A DNA stretch of 64,000 nucleotides from Candidatus Omnitrophota bacterium (GTDB taxonomy: Bacteria; Omnitrophota; Gorgyraeia; Zapsychrales; Fredricksoniimonadaceae), in assembly GCA_903959815.1 (NCBI GenBank), contig CAJBYM010000109.1, forward strand, positions 2,229 through 66,228, read 5' to 3'. The notes under the pieces were generated by a model. The model was not told the origin of the DNA, did no database searches, and saw only the letters and a list, made by a program, of their open reading frames with translations. Each line of letters begins with the position of its first letter. Positions within the stretch are counted from its first letter, which is position 1. Of the stretch, positions 56,447 through 64,000 are shown in pieces. A program made the translations under genes and the position numbers.

Positions 56447-57502
56447 TTATTTTACAGATTCACTCGTACTGCTGAACATACCTTTAAAGATCCCGTTCAA
56501 ATCCATCAAACTGGTTGAATTCTGCCCGATCGGCACCGCGAAAACTCTGAATTTGTCCGGAATGTTCTCCGCGAACTTAAGCGCCACAACGTTCTGCCCG
56601 CCGCCCAAAGCTTCGGCCTGCAATCTTTTACCTTCAGCATCCGCTTTCCAATTCGCCAATTTACCTGCCGCTTCTTGTTCAAGCTTATAACGTTCGGCAT
56701 CCGCTTCGATCTTCGCAGACTGAGCACGACCTTCGGCATCCTGGATCGCCTTAAGTTTGCTGCCACGCGCCTCGGCTTCCTGCCGCTTGGCTTCTTCTTC
56801 CTGTGCTAAAGCCCGATTCTTATTGATCTCAACCTGCTGCGCAGCAAGTTTCTTCTGCTCAATAGCCCGCTCGAACTCAGGACTAAACGCAAAATGACGA
56901 ATGAGCGCATCCTGGATCTGGATCGCCGGGAACTTGGCGACAGCACCCTGCAAACGTGTCGCGATCTCTTTCTGGATCACATCACGGACCTTGCCACTAT
57001 AAATCTCTTCAGCTGTATAACTTCCGATCGCAATACGCGCCTCAGAACGGATCTGCGGCAAAAGGATCTGATCTTCATAATTAGGCCCGATCGACTGGTG
57101 CAAGACCGGGACTTCATTGCCTTTAAGCGCATAAAGGATGGTCAGATCAACACGAATATTTTGCCCGTCATTGGTCTTAAGATCAAGGGTATACGTATCA
57201 CTGCCTTCGCTCTTGGCCACATCACTGGGAAACGCGCGCGCCGCGACATGATAAACCACAATATCCGTCGAAACTTTATTAAACACATGATACCCGACAC
57301 CCCGGGGAAGTTCGATCACCTTACCCTGGACCTTATCCACCTCAACGCCCACCTCCGTGGGCTTAATATCCACGATCCCAATAAACATCCAAAACCCCAG
57401 CATGATCACAATGATCACACCTGTAAAAAACATAGACCCCTTGTTCATACCATGCCCCTCCGATTTAAAATTATCAAAAAAATCCTGGATTTGCTCCCAC
57501 AT
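56447..57502 (-). CDS. SPFH/prohibitin family protein
   Basis: TM, TNDGQ.I.VD.T, FSPEFERAIEQK, Ala/Glu coiled coil. Confidence 0.9.
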   Translation of the reverse strand: MWEQIQDFFDNFKSEGHGMNKGSMFFTGVIIVIMLGFWMFIGIVDIKPTEVGVEVDKVQGKVIELPRGVGYHVFNKVSTDIVVYHVAARAFPSDVAKSEGSDTYTLDLKTNDGQNIRVDLTILYALKGNEVPVLHQSIGPNYEDQILLPQIRSEARIAIGSYTAEEIYSGKVRDVIQKEIATRLQGAVAKFPAIQIQDALIRHFAFSPEFERAIEQKKLAAQQVEINKNRALAQEEEAKRQEAEARGSKLKAIQDAEGRAQSAKIEADAERYKLEQEAAGKLANWKADAEGKRLQAEALGGGQNVVALKFAENIPDKFRVFAVPIGQNSTSLMDLNGIFKGMFSSTSESVK

Positions 57503-57548
57503 GAACTTTCTCCTTTAACTTTTATTCAATCCCATAAATGGATACGGA

Positions 57549-58022
57549 TCAACCTGCGGACTGCTGTTCCCGCAACATGGCCTGAATAATACCCCGATGC
57601 ATTTTACTATCCTGAACAAGCCTCGCAAAAATAAGCTGCAACTTGCTCGTACCCCCCTGAACAACGTCAAAATACGATCTTTCGATCAAGCTGTCCTCAA
57701 GGTCCTTGGCGATGGATAAAACCGCAAGTAAAGACGGCTTCTTACGCTTCACACTCTCGATCTCCCGTTGAACATAGTTCATGACAAAATCAATGGCCTG
57801 AACAGAAAATTTTTCATTGTACTGGATATCTCCGCCCTGCTCCATCATATCCCGAAGACCTCTTAAGATCTTCGCATGTTTACGCTCTTCCGCAACAAGG
57901 TCTTCCCAAAAACGACGATGCTCAGGAAATTCCTGGGCATAAAAACCATAGAGATCGCCGACTAAATCCTCATTCACGGCCATCTTTTCAATCGCATGCA
58001 ACGGATCATTATCCTGTGACAT
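57549..58022 (-). CDS. Ferritin-like protein
   Basis: E...LY, FW.DL..EERKHA, E..L.E, DSKMH; start moved to MSQDND. Confidence 0.7.
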   Translation of the reverse strand: MSQDNDPLHAIEKMAVNEDLVGDLYGFYAQEFPEHRRFWEDLVAEERKHAKILRGLRDMMEQGGDIQYNEKFSVQAIDFVMNYVQREIESVKRKKPSLLAVLSIAKDLEDSLIERSYFDVVQGGTSKLQLIFARLVQDSKMHRGIIQAMLREQQSAG

Positions 58023-58045
58023 TTTTATCCCTTCTCTCCCGATGA

Positions 58046-58756
58046 TCAAAACGACCAGTTAAGAAGCACCATGAATTCCATGGGTTCTTTATCCGCATTA
58101 TAATTGGCAAGGCCTATCTGCAAGCCATCCAAAGAATCCGTCCCGTTCACAAGGCCGATCTGAACACCGTGCATTTCCTTGGCGTAATTCCAGATCCCGC
58201 CTACCTGAACACCTTTCATCGTTCCATCAACATGATTCACAGCCCCTGACTGCAAACCCGAAAAGTCACCTTTGATGATATTCAAACCTCCAACCTGATA
58301 GCCTGTAAAACGACCGCTCACAACATTAACAACACCAAACTCAATACCATGAAAAAAGCCTTCGTTCCAATTAAAAACTCCCAGCTGCACACCCGTCGTA
58401 TCGGCTTTCTTAAGATTGATCACAGCTGCGTCTATTCCCACAGAACGGCCTGCCGCATAATCTAAAAGGCCAACCTTGATGCCCTGGGATACACCGTCGG
58501 TCCAATTCACAGTGCCCAATTCGATACCTTTCATATCACCCGTTGTCTGATTCCACACGCCCAGGGAAATCCCTTGGATCTCTTGACTGCGGGAATACGG
58601 GATGCTCAATCTTAAACCAACAATGGCGTCTTGTGCCGGCGCTATCTGAACAGGGTTAAAGATCCCCACCTGAAGCGGTTTTGTATCCTGTGCGAACGTT
58701 AAACCTGCAAAGCCACAAAGAAAAATAACGCATAGTGCTAAAATCTTCTTCACCAT
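58046..58756 (-). CDS. Exported Gly/Asn repeat protein (LA_2272-like), probable outer-membrane protein
   Basis: About 11 repeats of roughly 15 aa, G-x-Q/E-x-G-x-x-N; signal peptide; C-terminal NWSF. Confidence 0.75.
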   Translation of the reverse strand: MVKKILALCVIFLCGFAGLTFAQDTKPLQVGIFNPVQIAPAQDAIVGLRLSIPYSRSQEIQGISLGVWNQTTGDMKGIELGTVNWTDGVSQGIKVGLLDYAAGRSVGIDAAVINLKKADTTGVQLGVFNWNEGFFHGIEFGVVNVVSGRFTGYQVGGLNIIKGDFSGLQSGAVNHVDGTMKGVQVGGIWNYAKEMHGVQIGLVNGTDSLDGLQIGLANYNADKEPMEFMVLLNWSF

Positions 58757-58793
58757 ACATCCTCCCCTGATAACCGTTAATAAATTCTTCACT

Positions 58794-59144
58794 TTAATCA
58801 ACATTGCCCTGCATGTGCTCCATAATATGAATACCCTGGTTTTTGTAACGCGGGATCAAATGAAGATGTGCATGCATGACCAGCTGACCTGCTGTTTTTC
58901 CGCAATTGGCCCAAAGATTATATCCATCCGGACTTAATTCTTTCTGCAACAAAGCTTCCATTTCCAACATCAGATCATACATCGCTTTATATTCCAACGG
59001 CGTCACATCAAAGATCCTTTCCACATGCCTGTAGGGAATGATCAATGCGTGCCCCGGAGAAACAGGATTAATATCATAAACTGTATACGCCAGTTCATTT
59101 TGAAGAACTTTGGGAAGACGCGAGCAAAATGTACAACCTACCAT
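58794..59144 (-). CDS. HIT family nucleotide hydrolase
   Basis: CTFC, PVSPGHALIIP.RH, HAHLHLIPR. Confidence 0.92.
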   Translation of the reverse strand: MVGCTFCSRLPKVLQNELAYTVYDINPVSPGHALIIPYRHVERIFDVTPLEYKAMYDLMLEMEALLQKELSPDGYNLWANCGKTAGQLVMHAHLHLIPRYKNQGIHIMEHMQGNVD

Positions 59145-59341
59145 AAAGACCTCCTTTGAGCTTCTTAAATATTATTTTCTCATACTGTTACTATCGAGAA
59201 AACCTAAGAAATGATTATGTCACAAAGGATTAAAACTTCAATAAAATTAGGATGATGAACAGAGGCTCACTTATAACCATGAGGCCCGATAGGAAAAGGA
59301 TGCTATAATATTAATTATTTACTAATTTAAAAGGAGTCATT

Positions 59342-59482
59342 ATTAAACCATCCACAACTTCACGCCCAGGCAGAAAATGCCAAACCCCTCACTGCAAACA
59401 TGTGTTAAGTATTTATAATCATGATCTGCATTGCCACGCATGTTCCATTCAACAGCCAAGGGATAAAGTCCGGACAAAATAA
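59342..59482 (+). CDS. 46-aa Cys4 zinc-finger-like microprotein with ATT start (not in ORF track)
   Basis: TGCTATAAT 59301-59309, SD AAGGAG 59331-59336; GRKCQTPHCKHVLSIYNHDLHCHAC. Confidence 0.55.
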   Translation: MKPSTTSRPGRKCQTPHCKHVLSIYNHDLHCHACSIQQPRDKVRTK

Positions 59483-59502
59483 TCGCAACTCTCCAGAATT
59501 GT

Positions 59503-60543
59503 CTATAACGTTGCGATATCAATCACAAAACGGAACTTAACATCGCCTTTAAGAATCCGCTCATAGGCCTCATTGACCTTCGCAACCGGGATCAGCTCAA
59601 TATCAGAAACGATCTTGTGCTGGGCACAAAAATCCAGCATCTCCTGCGTTTGACGAATCCCACCGATAAGCGAACCGGCCAAACAATGCCGCCCAAAGAT
59701 AAGGTTGGCGGCATGGACAGCCTGAGGCTTCGAAGGAACGCCCAAAACCACCATAATCCCGTCACGTTTTAGAGTTGTAAGATATTGATTCCAGTCAAGG
59801 TCCGAGGAAACCGTACAAATCAATAAATCAAACGTGCGGCTCAATTTCTCAAATGTCCCTGCTTCAGCCGTAGCATAATACTGATCCGCCCCCAAACGCC
59901 GAGCATCCGCTTCTTTGTTGCGCGAACGGCTTAAGACCCCCACCTGCGCACCCATAGCTTTAGCGATCTTAACCGCCATATGCCCAAGTCCACCAAGACC
60001 AATCACCCCAACAGTCTTACCAGGCCCCGCCTGCCAGTGACGCAACGGCGAATAAGTCGTAATACCCGCGCACAACAGTGGGGCGATCGCATCCATCGGG
60101 AGATCTTTAGGAAGTCGCAGCACAAAATCTTCATCGACAACGATGCGTGTAGAATACCCCCCCTGAGCCAATGTCTTACCATCTTTTTCATAACTATTAT
60201 AAGTAAAAATCGGATGCCCGCAGTACTGCTCCTCACCTTCCTTACAATCTGGACACGTACGACAAGAATCAATCAAACAACCCACACCAGCCCGATCGCC
60301 TGGCTTAAATTTCTTAACGGCAGCGCCCACATTAGCCACAACACCGGCGATCTCATGACCAGGCACCATAGGATAAAGAGAATGTCCCCATTCATTACGA
60401 GCCTGATGAATATCACTATGACAAACGCCGCAATACTTAATATCGATAAGAACATCACGAGGACCAAGCTCCCGACGCTCAAACGCAAACGAAACTAAAG
60501 GCTTTTCAGGAGATATTACAGCGTAAGACTTAACAGGATACAT
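59503..60543 (-). CDS. Zn-dependent NAD(P) alcohol dehydrogenase (CAD/YahK-like)
   Basis: CGVCHSD, GHE, CRTCPDC, GLGGLG, RFVID. Confidence 0.93.
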   Translation of the reverse strand: MYPVKSYAVISPEKPLVSFAFERRELGPRDVLIDIKYCGVCHSDIHQARNEWGHSLYPMVPGHEIAGVVANVGAAVKKFKPGDRAGVGCLIDSCRTCPDCKEGEEQYCGHPIFTYNSYEKDGKTLAQGGYSTRIVVDEDFVLRLPKDLPMDAIAPLLCAGITTYSPLRHWQAGPGKTVGVIGLGGLGHMAVKIAKAMGAQVGVLSRSRNKEADARRLGADQYYATAEAGTFEKLSRTFDLLICTVSSDLDWNQYLTTLKRDGIMVVLGVPSKPQAVHAANLIFGRHCLAGSLIGGIRQTQEMLDFCAQHKIVSDIELIPVAKVNEAYERILKGDVKFRFVIDIATL

Positions 60544-60592
60544 GGGGCCTCCTTTATAACAGTTAAAAACTAAAACGTGCCAACCATTTAGA

Positions 60593-61063
60593 CTAATTCA
60601 ATCTCCAAAACGCATAATTGAGCACCATCGCAAAACTGACCCAACATCCATAGGGAACCAACAATAATCCCGCGATCTGGGAAATCGTCCAGAACACCCC
60701 TATCAAAGCCATCACCATGATCCAAAGGACAATAATATCAACCATCGCCCATGCCGGACTATGCATCCCAAAGAACAACACCGACCACAACGCATTGAAA
60801 ATAAGATGCGCCATGAACAAGATCATAGCGAAATTCCTGAACGGCTTGGGCACATCACTCATCCAAATCAGATAGAACGCGATCCCCATCAGGACATACA
60901 AAACGGTCCACACAGGCCCAAAGATCCAATCAGGTGGTGCAAAAGGTGGCTTCTGAAGCGTCTGAAACCAGCCACGGACCTCTTTGACCGTGAACAAGCT
61001 TCCGACCGCTCCGGCCGCAAAACAAAGAAAGATCGAAGAAATGAGTTTGAGGATACTGAGCAT
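60593..61063 (-). CDS. tspO: TspO/MBR family protein
   Basis: WF..L.KP.FAPP.WIFGPVWT.LY, NALWS..FFG, PY..WVSFA..LN. Confidence 0.92.
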   Translation of the reverse strand: MLSILKLISSIFLCFAAGAVGSLFTVKEVRGWFQTLQKPPFAPPDWIFGPVWTVLYVLMGIAFYLIWMSDVPKPFRNFAMILFMAHLIFNALWSVLFFGMHSPAWAMVDIIVLWIMVMALIGVFWTISQIAGLLLVPYGCWVSFAMVLNYAFWRLN

Positions 61064-61107
61064 GAAATTAAACCTGTCTTTGATAGGAAATATGTGCAGG
61101 ATCGATC

Positions 61108-61153
61108 TGGCTCGACACCGAGGGCGATAGATCAGCCCTCAGGTGCCGAACCA
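61108..61153 (-). other. Stable 18-bp hairpin upstream of tspO
   Basis: TGGTTCGGCACC-T-GAGGGC / GCCCTC-GGTGTCGAGCCA; G-U pairs favour the minus strand; no following U-tract. Confidence 0.5.
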
Positions 61154-61158
61154 AAAAA

Positions 61159-61224
61159 TTATTTCTTGCCCTGCTTGGGCTTCTTGTTCTTCTTATCCTT
61201 CTTACCTTTGCTTTTGTCTCCCAT
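61159..61224 (-). CDS. 21-aa Lys-rich microprotein (not in ORF track)
   Basis: SD AAGGAGGT; MGDKSKGKKDKKNKKPKQGKK*. Confidence 0.55.
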   Translation of the reverse strand: MGDKSKGKKDKKNKKPKQGKK

Positions 61225-61261
61225 GTGCGCAACCTCCTTCCAGGTGTTTTAGGTTCATCTG

Positions 61262-61618
61262 TTAATTCTTGATCTCGGCCTTGATCTCTTTCTTCAATTT
61301 TCCGCTAATATTGCAATAGCCCTCAACAGAGAGAACGTCACCATCTTTAACATCAGGGATAAAATAACTTACTGTCTGTCCCACATTATCATCCTGTCTC
61401 GAAATAAGATGCTCGATGATCTCGCTACCATTTAAACCTATATCAACTTTATTAATATAATGACTCAGAGGATTGCTGGTGTTGTGCACCATAAGCGCGC
61501 TCAACATCCTGGTCTTCGCATCAAAGGTGATCTGAATATCGGACGGCGGATGCGCATAAACCATCGACGCACTGGCTAAGAAGACCAAGAAACTGACACA
61601 GATGATGACTTTCTTCAT
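61262..61618 (-). CDS. Secreted superoxide-reductase/desulfoferrodoxin-like protein
   Basis: Signal peptide ending VYA, then H23-P-P, H45-x7-H53-Y-I, C102-N-I-S-G. Confidence 0.6.
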   Translation of the reverse strand: MKKVIICVSFLVFLASASMVYAHPPSDIQITFDAKTRMLSALMVHNTSNPLSHYINKVDIGLNGSEIIEHLISRQDDNVGQTVSYFIPDVKDGDVLSVEGYCNISGKLKKEIKAEIKN

Positions 61619-62370
61619 GCTGAAACTCCTTGTTTAGTTAATAATTTGTTTAATATGGGAACAGCTGCATTCATAACCAAAAGACTAAAAAGCTCGACGT
61701 CAAATCTCGCTCCTGACTGGGTCAGAATGAAAATAAGCCCTGCGATAAGAGCGCCAAACACATACTTGCTGATGACATTTGTCGGCGTTGTTTTTGGCTC
61801 AATGACCATAATAAAAATATAAAAATAACTCAAATAACCGAAGATATTCAAGATCGGAACTTTTTGAACGAAGGCTTGTGTCCCGAATAAAAGCAATGCG
61901 ACCATGGCGTACCCGATGACAATCTCCAGCTTTCTGATCTTGTGTGCCAGATAGATCCCGAAGGGCACCAGAACATACCATAAATACGTGGCCTTCCACT
62001 GCAAAGAAACACCCAAAACAATAACTGACAAGAACAGCCCGAGTGCGGCAGGATTAAAAACGTGTTTATTGCGAAAACGTATCGCCTGCTTGGAAAGGAT
62101 GACCAGTGTTGTGGCCGCGACCAGCTTCCACCACACTTCATCACTAGAAAGAACATACCCCGCGATCGCGCCCGCGATGATCGCGCTCTCCGTGATCTGC
62201 AATTTTCTGGTTTTAGAATACAACACGGCAGCTTCAGCAATAACGGCCGTTGTGACACAGATCGTAAATGCCAGCAAGAAAGAAAAATCTTTATCTTTAG
62301 AGATGAGAAATACAGCGAGGGCTAACAAGAAAAGAATAAGCTGTGTTTTGATCGACCTTAAATTGAGCAT
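61615..62370 (-). CDS. Stand-alone RnfD/NqrB-like membrane protein
   Basis: ESAIIAG, SKQ..HVFNPAALG, IMVIEPKTTP. Confidence 0.8.
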   Translation of the reverse strand: MLNLRSIKTQLILFLLALAVFLISKDKDFSFLLAFTICVTTAVIAEAAVLYSKTRKLQITESAIIAGAIAGYVLSSDEVWWKLVAATTLVILSKQAIRFRNKHVFNPAALGLFLSVIVLGVSLQWKATYLWYVLVPFGIYLAHKIRKLEIVIGYAMVALLLFGTQAFVQKVPILNIFGYLSYFYIFIMVIEPKTTPTNVISKYVFGALIAGLIFILTQSGARFDVELFSLLVMNAAVPILNKLLTKQGVSA

Positions 62371-62476
62371 ACCTTTTTTCCTGCCAAATAGATGTTGCAG
62401 AATATTGCTATACTCTAACGCATGTGATCATAAATGTAAATGAAAGGGTTCTAAGAAAACCGACTGCCCCTCCAAT

Positions 62477-62565
62477 AAAAAACCCCCGGACGTGTTCAAT
62501 CATCCGAGGGTTTTCAACAAGCCCCACCCACTAGCTTCTTAACTAACTTCCGGGGCTTCTTTCTA
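62477..62565 (-). ncRNA. Candidate sRNA or attenuator/riboswitch (about 90 nt)
   Basis: TTGACA(62594-62599)-16-TAGAAT(62572-62577); hairpin 62519-62558; terminator hairpin with T6 at 62477-62514. Confidence 0.5.
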
Positions 62566-62607
62566 TTTAAAATTCTACTCCTTTAGCCATGGCTGTCAAC
62601 ATCAATC

Positions 62608-62853
62608 CTATGGGTACGCCTGGCAATAAAGATCCTCAACTTTCTTTCTCGCCCACGGAGTACGACGCAAGAACGTCAGGCTCGATTTAATGCTGGGGTC
62701 TTTGGCAAAACAATTGATCTTGATACGGCGCGACATATCTTCCCAGCCGTACTTCTCGACCAGGCGCGTGAGTACCATCTCAAGTGTGACTCCATGCAAA
62801 GGATCTTTATGCTCTAGCCCTGTTTGCACACTCTTTTTCTCAGGATAAATCAC
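62608..62853 (-). CDS. VF530/DUF2132 family DNA-binding protein
   Basis: [38 protein letters not shown]. Confidence 0.9.
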   Translation of the reverse strand: MIYPEKKSVQTGLEHKDPLHGVTLEMVLTRLVEKYGWEDMSRRIKINCFAKDPSIKSSLTFLRRTPWARKKVEDLYCQAYP

Positions 62854-63308
62854 TTTTGTCCACCAAACAAATTCTTTATGCCGGTAACGGTCTGGCTCGC
62901 ATCGGTCTTGATCTGCTGCGCATCTGCAACTTTTTTCTGTGACGGAGCCAATTTGTCCTGCGCCATTTTCATCAATGCTGCCTTAGCATCAGCCATGATC
63001 TTCTTGGCATCGATCGATTTTGAATTAAGGGTTGTTACAACGTAATTGGCCAGATCCAAAGCAGGTTGATAATTTCCTGCAGCCAGAAATTCTTTAGCCT
63101 TGGCTATAAGAAAGTTTTCCTGTGCTGAGCCAGCCCCCAGCTTCTTTGCCTGATCCAGCGTTGTCTGGGCCTGCGGACACATCTGTTGGACCGCTGCCTG
63201 ACCTGCCGTCTTTAAAACAGAACCCCACGACGCATGCTGAGCCAAAACAACAGATGGCACCATGAACATAATTCCAACCGCTACAACAACCATCATCCGT
63301 TGATTCAT
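62850..63308 (-). CDS. Exported helical hypothetical protein
   Basis: Signal peptide, Ala/Lys/Gln-rich helices, SD GGAGGGAG. Confidence 0.75.
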   Translation of the reverse strand: MNQRMMVVVAVGIMFMVPSVVLAQHASWGSVLKTAGQAAVQQMCPQAQTTLDQAKKLGAGSAQENFLIAKAKEFLAAGNYQPALDLANYVVTTLNSKSIDAKKIMADAKAALMKMAQDKLAPSQKKVADAQQIKTDASQTVTGIKNLFGGQK

Positions 63309-63334
63309 ACTCCCTCCATTAAAATAACAGGGTC

Positions 63335-63685
63335 TTATTTCTTGGCCGCAGCTTCCAACACTGCCATCTTCTTGAGCGCAGCTTCAGGATCTTTCAAGAA
63401 AGCATCTTTACAGCCACTGCAGCAAAGATTATACAGCTTGCCTTTATACTCAACTTTATTCGGACTGTCTTCAGAAACAGGCCCGCCCATAACAGGACAG
63501 AACTTATTGCCCGCATTAACAACAGCAGCTGCCGCTACCGGAGCCGCATTTGCCTGTACCGCAACAACAGGATCATCTGCTACAACAGCCTTCGCTAACT
63601 GACATCCGCAATTTTCACACGCAAAAACCGCGCTAGCCGATGCCACAAGAAACAACATGAAACCACTAACAATACACTTTCTCAT
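63335..63685 (-). CDS. Exported YHS/TRASH-domain metal-binding protein
   Basis: NKFCPVMG..EYKGKLYNLCCSGC...F.KDP; extra N-terminal CENCGC. Confidence 0.85.
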   Translation of the reverse strand: MRKCIVSGFMLFLVASASAVFACENCGCQLAKAVVADDPVVAVQANAAPVAAAAVVNAGNKFCPVMGGPVSEDSPNKVEYKGKLYNLCCSGCKDAFLKDPEAALKKMAVLEAAAKK

Positions 63686-63862
63686 AATCTCTCCTTTTTT
63701 AATATAAAAATATTACGCACAAACCCAGCCGCAATCATCTGGCTCTGTCGTCTCGGGCTGATTTATAGGCATTTTGGGATCTTTCATAATAACCGCTTTT
63801 TTAATACGTTTTATTATTTGTCGATCGAAAGAAAATAAAATTACAAAAACTCATGCAATAAC

Positions 63863-63895
63863 AAAAAAGCCCAATCCGAAAAAGGGCTGGGCTTT
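63863..63895 (-). terminator. Intrinsic terminator
   Basis: AAAGCCCAGCCC-TTTTC-GGATTGGGCTTTTTT on the minus strand. Confidence 0.7.
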
Positions 63896-63937
63896 CACGA
63901 CCAGAAATCTTATCTGTCAACATACCATTATCCAGAC

Positions 63938-64000
63938 CTAGCCAACTACCGGCAATGCCTCCTGCTCTTTTAATCCGAAGAATAGCTTAAGATCGGTCAT
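63938..64000 (-). CDS. Possible 3' end of a gene starting beyond the window
   Basis: Open frame ..TDLKLFFGLKEQEALPVVG* followed by a terminator. Confidence 0.3.
   Translation of the reverse strand: MTDLKLFFGLKEQEALPVVG

Noticed and set aside
58046-58756. Periodic sequence that could be a DNA repeat array
   Set aside because: The periodicity is at the protein level (about 15-aa Gly/Asn repeats) with divergent DNA. It is not CRISPR-like.
1-64000. Genome-wide TAG reassignment; mobile elements; rRNA, tRNA or CRISPR
   Set aside because: Several genes end at TAG at family-typical C-termini. No transposase, integrase, cloverleaf or repeat-spacer array was recognised by eye.

Overview
A 64-kb, gene-dense chromosomal window from a diderm bacterium (MlaEFD, TolC, TamB-like and porin genes). 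The overall gene style suggests Omnitrophota/PVC, but that is inference only. About 70 genes, mostly on the minus strand. No rRNA, tRNA, CRISPR array, integrase or transposase was recognised. Content: surface glycosylation, greA/ybaB, an Mla-like ABC operon, lipA-def-panD-trxA, a possible envelope-salvage operon (aas, dipeptide epimerase, DUF819, NlpC/P60), signalling proteins, an ArsR-TolC-RND-DUF2892 operon with no adaptor gene, a class Ia ribonucleotide reductase and many O2/redox genes. The best candidate for a new system is a stand-alone RnfD/NqrB-like membrane protein coupled to a secreted superoxide-reductase-like protein with a predicted N-terminal His, preceded by a promoter-hairpin-terminator RNA element. 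Other notable signals: an amber-interrupted hemerythrin followed by a second amber-interrupted small ORF, an ATT-initiated 46-aa Cys4 microprotein, further small ORFs missed by the ORF track, an Asn-to-Gln change in the NrdA active site, repeated leaderless-type promoters, and strong GATC over-representation.
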